From positions 1 through 56,640 of the IMG/VR virus record IMGVR_UViG_3300008954_002004: a stretch of DNA of 56,640 bases; one strand, 5' to 3'. The notes under the pieces are model-generated. The model made no database searches. It saw only the letters and a program-made list of their open reading frames with translations, and was not told where the DNA came from. This DNA comes from a virus (taxonomy: Duplodnaviria; Caudoviricetes). The position numbers were made by a program, and so were the translations under genes. Below are positions 30,001 to 39,207 of the stretch, piece by piece; positions within the stretch are counted from its first letter, which is position 1, and every line of letters starts with the position of its first letter.

Positions 30001-30447
30001 ACTTTCTAAAATAAATGTATTACTCGACTCATCTAATATATTACTTGCTGTGCCATCAGTGCCTTTTTCAATACCAATACAAAGATTACCAATAGTTCCA
30101 GATTCAAGTGGAGATAATGCTCTAACAAGACCAGTACCAAGAATTTCATTAAGTGCTGTAACAACACTTGCTTCAGAAGTATGACCTCCTACTTGCTCAT
30201 CACTACCTGATATTTTTCGATCTGAATCAAAAGAGCGTGTCCAAAAATCTGTATGCGTAATATTTTTTAATTCAAAAAAGTCTGATCCGCGGGAATCTGT
30301 TTCAACCAAATTTTTAATATTAATAGTACCATTACCATTGCCAATAGCAAGACATTCACCAAGTGGTTGTCTTCCTACTCGCCTGGCGGCTCTACCAAAT
30401 ACAACTTTGGTGTCATTTTTAGTTCGTCTTATAATATATCTTGCCAT
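27064..30447 (-). CDS. Large (1127 aa) putative receptor-binding or virion-decorating protein with an internal tandem duplication
   Basis: Lies in the tail block; Gly/Ser/Thr-rich beta sequence; duplicated LITTA.VAEDGN and DTV..H..GL.PG motifs. Confidence 0.6.
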   Translation of the reverse strand: MARYIIRRTKNDTKVVFGRAARRVGRQPLGECLAIGNGNGTINIKNLVETDSRGSDFFELKNITHTDFWTRSFDSDRKISGSDEQVGGHTSEASVVTALNEILGTGLVRALSPLESGTIGNLCIGIEKGTDGTASNILDESSNTFILESGSDTIILTHADGTITDIDARSVGGTGNPVTSGAVSGTNLVLTLNDSSTVTIDATKMVNGTEATIGLPNWYQTYASPGTGSSTAGSQVSGTQPPGTSNPYYFGITLKRGREFTFDHSTNSVANYFGIWGGSTSYTPANAGARALWTKMLSRANAQLNHGTGDYHSKGFDHTADYSLTQGSSKLVLQYDYDTNKLKLWEVTGDYWNLITTASVAEDGNPVIISCALPTNGVLPTFTDREQTWNIIAQANAGADTTWRDGGLQDTVIKHNVGLHPGEKMVTTTPASWLGHFLGFNYSGTSTGQVNVENESTAVLQCASTERFYEKSGFTVNTKATRWDDSSGSNDFTDIMGGGKVSFRYHLDNSFDLYDEDNEEVLFTKDSNFDGSTVFLHMFFSATISQFNNYTIHNWTFEPFAAAWYYHPESIYKPRQRYTSADLPGSSRLIWGEKMYPGQELIFQENQGGSGNTYVGLRDAGDTTWTKSFSLDGTKVRAGVGEVVGFDIATNYASGYTCNAKWLALRYTKGDNKLRLYDIHTTGVETLITTANVAEDGNAIRISISGNNKTLDGTTMLRYYGWEYKHTPTNFPQPWGNWRLDRPTPNTALKTDTVVRHRQGLVPGNYMRWTTPNSGQQVFNGGWKSSNSVSGLTNVETTVSFWDWGFRMNNAERINNLHNMTFNTSNTDYVDASTGWSDPNKGVTQIQLRYHSSTNKIDLHDHTNNRVIATKDTDGDGNAIYLAHGIGTDTTDLSDNFFGGGDVEVGSSNFAPSFTNVLNYGNDGILHQAEMVKLDSTVPVGKRLIVYPDFWGLLEDMGGAASSGPAPNGTGWVEDDTVIMGWQKANSPFVGTNIGNTNSGWDAAAYMLLRGPGTQYASRIAIYSPGNAAFTFRDGRSGTGNYTDLYYTFDRIATNSGRIMMFPSLAAARAGKTGDNTQWYGNSSDTYANGNAQTLALTGDLNIYIFSNAGSFTLPTVACTEIVTIPT

Positions 30448-30450
30448 AAC

Positions 30451-30978
30451 TTATCCTGCTACAATTATTAATATACTACTGTCTGTTATAGATGCGGCAT
30501 TTGTACAATTTACTTCTATTTCTCCATATCCTCTTTGTGATGAGGCATCACCAACATATAATGGAAAGGCAAATGTTTTATTATACAATATTCCTGCACC
30601 ATCATGTAATATATGGTTAGGTGCTTCCTGTTGAAATGTGTAATCAACTGTAGACTCGTCTGATTCTAGTGCAGTATAATTTAATCTTAATCCTAGTACA
30701 GCATTATTAGCAACAGGGGTTGCTTTTATTTTAACACGTAGCATAATATTACAAGAAGTTGGTAATTGATCAAGTCTAAGCCTACTAGTACTTGTATCCC
30801 ACAATCTTGTTACACCTGCTGGATTAAATGATGTTTTGGATGAGGAACTCCCGCCATTACAGGTTATTTTAGTCCAAGTATCTTCAACAAGCGTGATAGG
30901 AGAGCTAACAAGTGCATTATCATTACGATATTCCCAACCTTCTAATCCTCTGGGTTTATGATCTCTGAGTTTAGCCAT
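30451..30978 (-). CDS. Hypothetical structural/fibre-associated protein
   Basis: GGAG RBS before ATG 30978; overlaps the fibre gene. Confidence 0.6.
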   Translation of the reverse strand: MAKLRDHKPRGLEGWEYRNDNALVSSPITLVEDTWTKITCNGGSSSSKTSFNPAGVTRLWDTSTSRLRLDQLPTSCNIMLRVKIKATPVANNAVLGLRLNYTALESDESTVDYTFQQEAPNHILHDGAGILYNKTFAFPLYVGDASSQRGYGEIEVNCTNAASITDSSILIIVAG

Positions 30979-32521
30979 AAGTTCTCCATGTGGCGCCATT
31001 ATATACAATGCCAACTGAGTCGTTATTTACTGTTACTAATAAATCACTTGCCGCTCCCATAATGGTTTTACCATTACGAGCAAGTGTTAAATTATTTGTT
31101 GCAAATGCTCCACCGGCATCTATAAAGAAAATAGCATCACCTGCGTTTGGAGCTGCTGGTAATGTACACGTTACTGCGGCGGATGAAGTGTCTACAGCAT
31201 ATCTGCCACCTGCAACAACTGTTGTGGCTGATGTTATAACAGCAAATCCTGCTTCACCCGTTGCTATAGATCTTACTTCAATATTATTCGTGCCTGTTGG
31301 AGGGGGAGCAGTAAATGTTATAACTTGCCCACTAATACTATAAGCACCTACAGGTCTCTGCACAAGGCCACCAATACTAATAATGCAGTTGGTATTAGTA
31401 ATACCAGTTGCTGAAGCAGTAAAGGCAGTCTGTACACCATTGCCACTAAAACTTTGTGTTGATATTGCTACACCGCCGCCACCTAATACTTGAGCAACAT
31501 TCTTCCATTTACTTGTACTTGAGTCATATCGTAATGTTTCATTATTTGCTACACTTGCAATAGTAACGTCATTTAATGTATTAATACTTGATGCGGCAAT
31601 ACGAGCATCTGCTCTTGCATCTGCTCTAGCATTAGTATAATATAAATTAGTATTTTCTGGAACAATACTACTGTCTAATACTACATCAACCCAAGCACTA
31701 CCATTATGTCTTAAAATATCACCACTTGCGGCAGAAGTAATAGTAGTATCTGTTAATTCAGCAATAGAATCTATGTCATCTGCAATCTGAAATCGACTAT
31801 TGCCTGCATGATATTTTAAAATTTTATTTGCGGCAACACCTGTTATATCAACATTACTTAATGCACCAATACTTGCGGCTGTTATACGTGCATCTGCTCT
31901 TGCATTTGTATAATATAAATTGGTGCTTTCTGCTACTGCGGCAGTATTGAGTGTTTGGAAGGATTTGTCACCTCTCCAATATTGTGCTGTAGAGCCTGCT
32001 GTAATTGTTGGCTCTTTGCCTGCTAATGCAGTTGTTATTGTCCCTGCATAACTAGCATCATCAGAAATTGCGGCAGCTAATTCATTTAATGTATTCAATG
32101 CGCCAGGGGCACCATCAACTAAGGCATTAATCTGTAATGTAACTCTAGCATCTGCTCTTGCATCTGTGTAATATAAGTTAGTTCCTTCATTAACATTAGT
32201 TGTAGATAAGGTAGTGTTTACAAATTTAGTACCATTATGTCTTAATACTTCACCTGTAGCAGGTGATGCAACTGTAACATCATTTAAATCTGTTAAATTA
32301 GATGCATAAACTAATGATGATGGTTGAAACTTACCAGTTGTACTATTGTATGCTAATACTTTACCATTTGATACACCGGTGGTATCTACATTTGATAGTT
32401 GGTTAATATCTAAGTTATATGCTTCTGTAAAATTATCATTAACTTTATCAAATGCGGCTCTCAGCGTGTCGCCAGTGCCATCATTTGCTAACGCACCAAT
32501 GTTGATTACTTGTTTTGCCAT
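30971..32521 (-). CDS. Tail fibre protein
   Basis: gp9/gp10-like N-terminus (IG..ANDGTGD.LR.AF.KVN.NF), TNLYYT.ARADAR x3, L..L.DV repeats, GAPGALNTL.ELA, TLPAAP.AGD C-terminus. Confidence 0.85.
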   Translation of the reverse strand: MAKQVINIGALANDGTGDTLRAAFDKVNDNFTEAYNLDINQLSNVDTTGVSNGKVLAYNSTTGKFQPSSLVYASNLTDLNDVTVASPATGEVLRHNGTKFVNTTLSTTNVNEGTNLYYTDARADARVTLQINALVDGAPGALNTLNELAAAISDDASYAGTITTALAGKEPTITAGSTAQYWRGDKSFQTLNTAAVAESTNLYYTNARADARITAASIGALSNVDITGVAANKILKYHAGNSRFQIADDIDSIAELTDTTITSAASGDILRHNGSAWVDVVLDSSIVPENTNLYYTNARADARADARIAASSINTLNDVTIASVANNETLRYDSSTSKWKNVAQVLGGGGVAISTQSFSGNGVQTAFTASATGITNTNCIISIGGLVQRPVGAYSISGQVITFTAPPPTGTNNIEVRSIATGEAGFAVITSATTVVAGGRYAVDTSSAAVTCTLPAAPNAGDAIFFIDAGGAFATNNLTLARNGKTIMGAASDLLVTVNNDSVGIVYNGATWRTYG

Positions 32522-32614
32522 ACTCATATTTATTAAGAAATAGTTTATATACTAAACCACGTACTTTAAGATCTATACAATTTACCTTAAATAAATAAAG
32601 AACGGGAGCTTTTT

Positions 32615-33805
32615 ATGTTGTTACGCACCATCACTAATTCGATTATCGGAGCAAGTTTGTTATTTTTTGGTTCCGTATCTAATGCTGGCGATACTAAGGG
32701 AACTACTTGGTCCTGGGCAGCCAATACTAACGTAACTTCACAATATACTCAAACAACTGAACAATTAGTACCACAAGTAATTCCTAGTGTAGTAATAATA
32801 ACAGCAATGAATGTTGAAGAACCTGCACCAAGTACCATAACAGAACCTCCACCTAGACCAGAAGAAGAAGCTCCTAAAGATAATAACTCAGTAGAAGATT
32901 TTCTAGAAGAAGGATCACTTAAATTTGTACAAATAGACAATCATTTAGCACCTATAGGGCAAGGAACTGGATTTTTTGTTGGTAAAAATCTTATTTTAAC
33001 AAATCACCACGTTATTGAAAAAGGCATGCAGGATGAATATATTATTCAATTATGGTCACATAGATATAAATGGTATAAAGCAAGAGTTATAGCAGCTGAT
33101 GAAAAAACAGATCTTGCCATACTAGAAATTACTAATCCTGATAAAAATTCTAATGCGATTAAACCATTAAAATTTGCTGATATTGATAGTTGGACACTAG
33201 GTGAAAAACTATTTGCTATTGGACACCCACATGGTTTATATTGGACAGTAACTGAAGGCGTATTAAGCCATCCACATAGACGTATTTCTACCCCATGGCA
33301 ATGGTTAATCCAAACTGATACTTCAGTAAATCCAGGCAACAGCGGTGGTCCGTTGTTTAATATGCGTGGAGAAGTTGTTGGTGTTAATGTATTATTACTT
33401 GGTAGAACAGAAGAAGGCAATCCTGTAGATTCAGGTCTTAATTTCGCAGTTAGAAGTGATTTAGCGGCACATGTTACTGAAGAATTACGTGTACATAAAC
33501 GTGTAAGACGGCCACGCATTGGTATGTCTGTAAGAAACAGATCAGGTGATGATCTAGGTATTATTGTTGATGAATTATCAGAAGATTCTCCAGCAAGTCG
33601 TTCAGATTTACTACCAGAAGACATTATTACACATGTTGATGGAGAGGAAATTAATACAACATATGACTTTTTTGTTTGGTTTACTAATAAAATGCCAGGT
33701 GATAAAATTATATTCAAAGTAGAACGCACAACTGAAAACATAGACGGCCCACAAGCATTTTCATTAAATATTACTGTACTATTAGAAGAATTACAAGAAG
33801 AATAA
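32615..33805 (+). CDS. HtrA/DegP-like trypsin serine protease with PDZ domain and signal peptide
   Basis: GTGFF, TNHHV, DLAIL, IQTD.SVNPGNSGGPL, SPA...L...DII..VDG. Confidence 0.92.
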   Translation: MLLRTITNSIIGASLLFFGSVSNAGDTKGTTWSWAANTNVTSQYTQTTEQLVPQVIPSVVIITAMNVEEPAPSTITEPPPRPEEEAPKDNNSVEDFLEEGSLKFVQIDNHLAPIGQGTGFFVGKNLILTNHHVIEKGMQDEYIIQLWSHRYKWYKARVIAADEKTDLAILEITNPDKNSNAIKPLKFADIDSWTLGEKLFAIGHPHGLYWTVTEGVLSHPHRRISTPWQWLIQTDTSVNPGNSGGPLFNMRGEVVGVNVLLLGRTEEGNPVDSGLNFAVRSDLAAHVTEELRVHKRVRRPRIGMSVRNRSGDDLGIIVDELSEDSPASRSDLLPEDIITHVDGEEINTTYDFFVWFTNKMPGDKIIFKVERTTENIDGPQAFSLNITVLLEELQEE

Positions 33806-33822
33806 TTTTATAGGATTTTACT

Positions 33823-34581
33823 ATGAATCCTACTGGCAGAGAATATCAAGGACAATATAATGAAGATGAAGAAGAGCATGGCATTGGTGTCTACAAAACA
33901 CTCCCTTATTTTAATCCAAAAACAAAATTATATGAAGCAGGACATACTTACGCCGGTCAATTTAATCACAATAAAGTAGAAGGAGTTGGTGTAAAAGTAT
34001 ATAATGTTTTTAATAGTGAAAACGAAATATATTGTGGTGAATATAAAAATAATGAACGCAATGGTATAGGATATACTAAATTCGTAACTGGCGGAGTGTT
34101 CATAGGAGAACACAAAAATCACATTATTGATGGATTTGGTGTTTTTATTACTTGGGAAGGATTAAAATTTATTGGGCATTGCTATAATTCTGGCACTACA
34201 TCAAATGGAAAATGGTACGACAAAAACGATAATGAAATAGATATAATAAAATTAGGCTACACTCCTACCGGATGTAAATATAGTAAAGATACTAAAATAT
34301 GGCCAACTGGTGCAAAATATACAGGCACAATGCGTAAGGGTAAGCCACATGGATTAGGTACTAAAATTTGGGAAAATGGAACTACATATACTGGATTTTG
34401 GCAAAATGGTAAGCAAGAAGGACAGGGCACTATGACTTATCAATATGGTGACACGTACGTCGGTGAATGGAAGACTGGTTACAAGCATGGTCAAGGCACA
34501 TATACAAGTACTGATGGCAGAACATTTATCGGAGAATTTAAAAATAATCATGAATGGAATGGCAATATATACCGCAAATAG
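33823..34581 (+). CDS. MORN-repeat protein
   Basis: Multiple Y.G.(F/W)..G...G.G repeats. Confidence 0.88.
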   Translation: MNPTGREYQGQYNEDEEEHGIGVYKTLPYFNPKTKLYEAGHTYAGQFNHNKVEGVGVKVYNVFNSENEIYCGEYKNNERNGIGYTKFVTGGVFIGEHKNHIIDGFGVFITWEGLKFIGHCYNSGTTSNGKWYDKNDNEIDIIKLGYTPTGCKYSKDTKIWPTGAKYTGTMRKGKPHGLGTKIWENGTTYTGFWQNGKQEGQGTMTYQYGDTYVGEWKTGYKHGQGTYTSTDGRTFIGEFKNNHEWNGNIYRK

Positions 34582-34593
34582 AAGAATAATTTT

Positions 34594-35355
34594 ATGACAA
34601 GCCATGTTGGCAATGCTCTGACTATAGACAGAGAAAAATTAAAATATACAATTTTTTATTATCCTGGCACTGGTGGGCATATAATAGGTTGGCTATTGGG
34701 GTTAGCATATGATCACAGGCTACTTCAAACAGCATTAGATTGTTTCCCAGCAGAATTAAAAAATAATCCCCGTTCAATTCGTAATAAAAATCACATAGTT
34801 CAGTCAGGATGGTGTCTTCACGAAAATGTTCAACAACTTAACCCATATATTAAATTAATATTCCTTGGCCCTACGGCTGATTACAAATATTGGCCAATAA
34901 GAGGAATAAAAACAGAATTATCATATGGACCAGAAATACCATGGCCTCCTGCTAGAAATGATTTAAAATCAATAAACAAAATTGTTGAATTATTTAACGC
35001 ACATACTAAAAGTATTTTCTTATTAATGTCACCTAGTGCAAGAATGAGAGCCTGTTATGAAAAGGGAGTAAGACCTTGGAGAACGTATGATACACCTACA
35101 CTAAAAAGTGTAAAACAAGAAATGAAAATTAATAAATTATCACAAGAAGATATACTTGCCAAAATTCCAATAAATTATTGTTTTAATTTTAACGATATAT
35201 ATAATAATAAGTATATTAAAGCAATAGAATCAATAATAGATCATCCATTAACTGATGCTCATATAGAAGCAATAGAAACACTAGTTAATAGATACATCAA
35301 TATAACTCCACCCAAGTTACAAAAAATAATCGATGATGAGAATAAACTGTCATAG
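34594..35355 (+). CDS. Hypothetical protein, Y.PG.GG..I..LL family
   Basis: IFYYPGTGGHIIGWLLGLAYD...ALDCFP..L.N matches the 4720-5451 product. Confidence 0.55.
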   Translation: MTSHVGNALTIDREKLKYTIFYYPGTGGHIIGWLLGLAYDHRLLQTALDCFPAELKNNPRSIRNKNHIVQSGWCLHENVQQLNPYIKLIFLGPTADYKYWPIRGIKTELSYGPEIPWPPARNDLKSINKIVELFNAHTKSIFLLMSPSARMRACYEKGVRPWRTYDTPTLKSVKQEMKINKLSQEDILAKIPINYCFNFNDIYNNKYIKAIESIIDHPLTDAHIEAIETLVNRYINITPPKLQKIIDDENKLS

Positions 35356-36490
35356 CGACTTTCAACCATTAAAAGAAATTATAGTAGGACGTTCTTACGA
35401 TCAAAGATCATTTGATTTTATTAAAGAATCACGAATTCGTGATCCATTAAAACGTATATTAGAAGAAACAGAGGAAGATTTATTAAATTTATGTGCTGTA
35501 CTGGAAGAACATGATGTTAAAGTATATAGACCAGATTCTCCACCAGTAGATTTAGTGCAAGAGTATATAGACAACTCCGCAAAGCCGCCGATTCCTTCAT
35601 TAGCAGTACGAGATGGATATATTACTGTAGCAAATACTTTATATCGTTTTGTATATAAAGAAGAAATGAATAGTATTTTTAATTTACTCATTGACGGCAG
35701 AACATTTGATCCATATAGGCGCAAAGATGATTTTGACTCATTGAAGCCATTAAGTAAAGAAGAATTTAAAGAATTAACACAAATGATCGCAGGATTACAT
35801 GGAACCAGGTATACTGCTTATCAAAAAGCAGAGGGGAAATTTATACCAGGAATGGATCATGAACATATTTTAAAGATTCGCACTCATATGATTGATGGTC
35901 CATGCATCGTGCGTTTAGGAAAACGTTTAATAGTGGATAGTTTCCCTAATTATCAAATAAAATGGGTTGATAAAGAATTTTCTGACTATGAATTTAAATA
36001 TACCTTTATACATGGACATTCAGATGGATGTTTTTGCCCAGTAAAACCCGGTTTATATGTTCACACACATGATTGGGAAGAAGAATATAAAAATACCGTT
36101 CCTGGATGGGAAGGAATTTATTTAGAAGAGCAAGGATGGGAATCAGAAACAGTCAATAATTTTTTAAAAATAAAAGGAAAAAATGAAGGTAGATGGTGGG
36201 TGCAAGGTGAAGAACACAATGATGCATTAATCCATTTTGTAGGCAGTTGGTTAGACGAATGGGTTGGTTATATAGAAGAAACGGTATTTGATGTTAACAT
36301 GTTAAGCATAAATGAAAATTTAATACTTTGCACTAATGAACCACCGCAACAAGTTAAAGATGCATTTAAACGTCATAAAGTAGAATATATTATTACTCCT
36401 TTCCGACATCGGTTCTTTTGGGATGGTGGATTACATTGCATTACCTTAGATGTGAATAGAGAAGGTAATTGTGAGGATTATTTTAGATAA
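35333..36490 (+). CDS. Amidinotransferase (glycine/inosamine-phosphate amidinotransferase family)
   Basis: S.FQPLKEIIVGR, V.VYRP, VRD, H.DG, DVN.LSI.E, GGLHC.TLD..R. Confidence 0.88.
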   Translation: MMRINCHSDFQPLKEIIVGRSYDQRSFDFIKESRIRDPLKRILEETEEDLLNLCAVLEEHDVKVYRPDSPPVDLVQEYIDNSAKPPIPSLAVRDGYITVANTLYRFVYKEEMNSIFNLLIDGRTFDPYRRKDDFDSLKPLSKEEFKELTQMIAGLHGTRYTAYQKAEGKFIPGMDHEHILKIRTHMIDGPCIVRLGKRLIVDSFPNYQIKWVDKEFSDYEFKYTFIHGHSDGCFCPVKPGLYVHTHDWEEEYKNTVPGWEGIYLEEQGWESETVNNFLKIKGKNEGRWWVQGEEHNDALIHFVGSWLDEWVGYIEETVFDVNMLSINENLILCTNEPPQQVKDAFKRHKVEYIITPFRHRFFWDGGLHCITLDVNREGNCEDYFR

Positions 36491-36520
36491 AAAATGCCCG
36501 GGGTTATTCGCCGGGCATTT
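36488..36520 (-). terminator. Intrinsic terminator between convergent units
   Basis: AAATGCCCGG-loop-CCGGGCATTT followed by a T-tract on the minus strand. Confidence 0.8.
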
Positions 36521-36634
36521 AAGTGTAACTCTTTTAACGTCTTCCAGGCCCTAAAGACCTCCGCAGTCGACTATATTATCATTATGTATAGTGTTCTATG
36601 TTAAAATTTTGGATACTTCATTGTTATTTCTCTA

Positions 36635-36859
36635 TTAATTTTCGCCTAAAGATTTGATACGCGACCATTTTCTACTCTCTACTTGGCTTTTTAGTTCTTC
36701 TGCTAATAAATTAGCCATATAACCAATATCGCTCATTAAGATGTCTATTTCTGCCTCATTATTGTCTTCTTTAGTTATTGATTGCCTCTTTTCTACTTCT
36801 TTCGCTTTCGTATGCATTACATTTACAAGACTTAAGACATCATTGATAGTGTGATACAT
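36635..36859 (-). CDS. Hypothetical protein
   Basis: GGAGG RBS before ATG 36859. Confidence 0.7.
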   Translation of the reverse strand: MYHTINDVLSLVNVMHTKAKEVEKRQSITKEDNNEAEIDILMSDIGYMANLLAEELKSQVESRKWSRIKSLGEN

Positions 36860-36919
36860 AATTGTACCTCCCATTTGTCTTAATTTGTATTACTATTATA
36901 TAGTATTACTACTATTTAG

Positions 36920-37126
36920 TCAAGTTTTATTCCGCTTTTCTAAAATGTCATTCAACTCTTTTACCCCGTCAGATACAGTTTTTTCAAACCAAAACGGAAA
37001 TATAGAGTGAAGGAATCCTGCTAATGCTAAACACTTCAATACAACAACAAATCTAAGAGCATTTTTCATATGCTCAAAGTATGTTTCGTTGATACTGTTT
37101 GGATGCTTTGTAAAGGGATTTTCCAT
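36920..37126 (-). CDS. DUF6356-like small protein
   Basis: FTKHP.S.NETYFEHM..AL.F...A..LH.IFPF.FE.T.SD. Confidence 0.7.
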   Translation of the reverse strand: MENPFTKHPNSINETYFEHMKNALRFVVVLKCLALAGFLHSIFPFWFEKTVSDGVKELNDILEKRNKT

Positions 37127-37142
37127 CCGTCTATTTAGTTTT

Positions 37143-37370
37143 TTATTGTCCTGGAGCTGGGAAATGCCTGTATAACGTTGCCTGTTGGTGTACAAGGATG
37201 CACTCACCCGAGACTTCTAATTTCATGTTCATAAAATTAATAGATGTATTTTTTATGTCAGCAAGTTCTCGCTCACATTCTACCCTATTTGCATACTCTG
37301 TTGTTATGCTCATTTCGTTTTGCACACCGTTTATAGTGGCAAGCATAGTTATGACTAAAAACCAACTCAT
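37143..37370 (-). CDS. Hypothetical small protein with hydrophobic N-terminus and two Cys
   Basis: MSWFLVITMLA...ECE...GEC; GGAG RBS. Confidence 0.6.
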   Translation of the reverse strand: MSWFLVITMLATINGVQNEMSITTEYANRVECERELADIKNTSINFMNMKLEVSGECILVHQQATLYRHFPAPGQ

Positions 37371-37373
37371 AAT

Positions 37374-37748
37374 TTACTCCCAAGGTACTTTAGTTAATGT
37401 TTCCAATGCGTGTTTTTCACTTTCAAAGTCAATTTCTTCACCAGTGTTTTTATTAACAAAATAAAATACTTGTTTGCCAGGCTCTCTACCTCGAGCAGAG
37501 CGTGACCATTCACCTACACCAACAGTTTTAGTGCATAAAAAGCCTTCATTACCATCTGAATCAGTCACTCTCCAACACCAACCGTGATTGTGAACAGGTC
37601 CTCTTTTGGCTTCTACTTCATTAAGTTTCATTTCAGCAAGTTCTCTCTGTAATAATCTATTACGCTCATCTGGCAATGGGCCTTGCATACCTAACCGTGC
37701 CCATTCATCGGGTGTGTAGTAATAACTAGGATGTTTATCCATTGCCAT
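37374..37748 (-). CDS. Hypothetical protein
   Basis: 124 aa ORF in a tightly packed cluster. Confidence 0.6.
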   Translation of the reverse strand: MAMDKHPSYYYTPDEWARLGMQGPLPDERNRLLQRELAEMKLNEVEAKRGPVHNHGWCWRVTDSDGNEGFLCTKTVGVGEWSRSARGREPGKQVFYFVNKNTGEEIDFESEKHALETLTKVPWE

Positions 37749-37965
37749 AGCCGGGTATAGTTCCTACTTTCATCATTGATGCTAATTTCTTATCACCAGA
37801 CATATAATCATAACTTGATTCAGCAATAACTATTTCGTATTCTGACTTGTCATCAGGAAAATATTCTGACCACAAGCGAATTGCTTTATTGAGTGTATCC
37901 ACTTTGTGGATAGTATCATAGATTTTCCCAGAACGGACATCTACCATTTGTGCGTATATCAGCAT
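37735..37965 (-). CDS. Hypothetical protein
   Basis: 76 aa; TAAATA-N5-ATG upstream. Confidence 0.6.
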   Translation of the reverse strand: MLIYAQMVDVRSGKIYDTIHKVDTLNKAIRLWSEYFPDDKSEYEIVIAESSYDYMSGDKKLASMMKVGTIPGYGNG

Positions 37966-37973
37966 AATAGTAT

Positions 37974-38183
37974 TTATTTTTTTTCTTTATTCCTTAAATG
38001 CTCTGCAAACAAGTGTTTTGTTGCATTAAGAATCATAGGGCCTTCTGTTCTCATGGCCAGCCAAAACTCTTTATAGTCAGGTCTATCCCCACCATGAAAA
38101 TTATCAGCATCCATTAGTTTCTGTTGAAAAGATTTTATTGCTTTAGCAATTGTCTCATCAGGGTACATTTCAAAATCATCCAT
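37974..38183 (-). CDS. Hypothetical protein
   Basis: 69 aa; AGGA RBS. Confidence 0.6.
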   Translation of the reverse strand: MDDFEMYPDETIAKAIKSFQQKLMDADNFHGGDRPDYKEFWLAMRTEGPMILNATKHLFAEHLRNKEKK

Positions 38184-38187
38184 TATC

Positions 38188-38388
38188 TTATCCTACATAC
38201 TTCCAGAAAAACCATTCTGTGTTAAAGTGAGATGCTATCTTCTTACAGGTCTTATAACAGCCAGTATATATGTTTAATCCCGTCTCTGTATTATATACAA
38301 TGTGTTCTTTACTGATGCCTTTCTTTATTTGAAAGGGGCAGTCATTTTCTGTTGTAACTTCTACCTCAGCAAGATTTTCATAAGTCAT
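38188..38388 (-). CDS. Hypothetical protein
   Basis: ATG at 38388 overlaps the end of the pilin gene. Confidence 0.55.
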   Translation of the reverse strand: MTYENLAEVEVTTENDCPFQIKKGISKEHIVYNTETGLNIYTGCYKTCKKIASHFNTEWFFWKYVG

Positions 38389-39076
38389 AATCTTTACCCA
38401 CTCCCTGTTCTCCAATTTTAATAACATCTAGTTGCCATACATCATCGTTATCCTTATACTCAATTTCTACCTCTTGATCACTCAATTTTATTCCTGGAGG
38501 TGAAATTACAGCAATCTTAAAATCATCTTCTTTTACACCAATTTCTATCAATGTGTCAGTCAATAAATCACCAACCCACTTGGCATTTCCACCTGGCATG
38601 TAGTCATATGATTTATTGCAACTCGCTTGCCTGCATTTATCACCATCACCTGGCCGTTTGACATATATACTTCCACGACTAGAATTACATCCGACAAAAC
38701 TTAATTGACTTTTAAGAACGTCACTAGCAGTCATCCCTGCTTTTGGCTTAGACAAATACGTAGAGGCAAATTTTCCTTCTGCTCCCCACGGGTGAGTTGA
38801 TCCTGCAGGCACACCTGGTCTTGCTGGCATTGGTTTAGAAAAAGCACCACAAAATGTCTCACCTTTTTCTGGATCTAACAATGTTGGTTCATTACCGCCT
38901 GAGCATTTATATGGATCTATAGCACATTCTAACTGATCATTTCTTGCATACATATACTCTTCAGTACTTTCAGCCTTCAGAATAAAATTCTGATAAGCAG
39001 GAATAGCAACAAGACTAAGAGTACCTACTATTGCAACTGATGCCATCAGTTCAATAAGTGAAAAGCCGTTGTTCAT
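38378..39076 (-). CDS. Type IVa prepilin-like protein (N-terminal methylation motif) with a non-canonical Cys-rich C-domain
   Basis: MNNG|FSLIELMASVAIVGTLSLVAIPAYQNFI.KA: class III signal, Phe1, Glu5. Confidence 0.88.
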   Translation of the reverse strand: MNNGFSLIELMASVAIVGTLSLVAIPAYQNFILKAESTEEYMYARNDQLECAIDPYKCSGGNEPTLLDPEKGETFCGAFSKPMPARPGVPAGSTHPWGAEGKFASTYLSKPKAGMTASDVLKSQLSFVGCNSSRGSIYVKRPGDGDKCRQASCNKSYDYMPGGNAKWVGDLLTDTLIEIGVKEDDFKIAVISPPGIKLSDQEVEIEYKDNDDVWQLDVIKIGEQGVGKDYDL

Positions 39077-39207
39077 TACAGCAATCCAATTGCCCTCAAC
39101 AATGCACCTTTCTCACCCATATGACTGGGCCAGTTAAGATCTGCGGTAACAACAATTGCCATCCACAATAAAATGAGTGTTATCCAAATGCCGGAATTTC
39201 TAGCCAT
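39076..39207 (-). CDS. 43-aa single-TM peptide (not in ORF track)
   Basis: MARNSGIWITLILLWMAIVVTADLNWPSHMGEKGALLRAIGLL; TAATG coupling to the pilin gene. Confidence 0.6.
   Translation of the reverse strand: MARNSGIWITLILLWMAIVVTADLNWPSHMGEKGALLRAIGLL

Noticed and set aside
33046-33741. 231-aa minus-strand ORF
   Set aside because: Antisense to HtrA, which has a complete catalytic triad
36540-36580. Hammerhead ribozyme or c-di-GMP riboswitch
   Set aside because: Core consensus nucleotides are missing (CTGCGGA instead of CTGANGA; no GAAA or GCAAA core in the right place)
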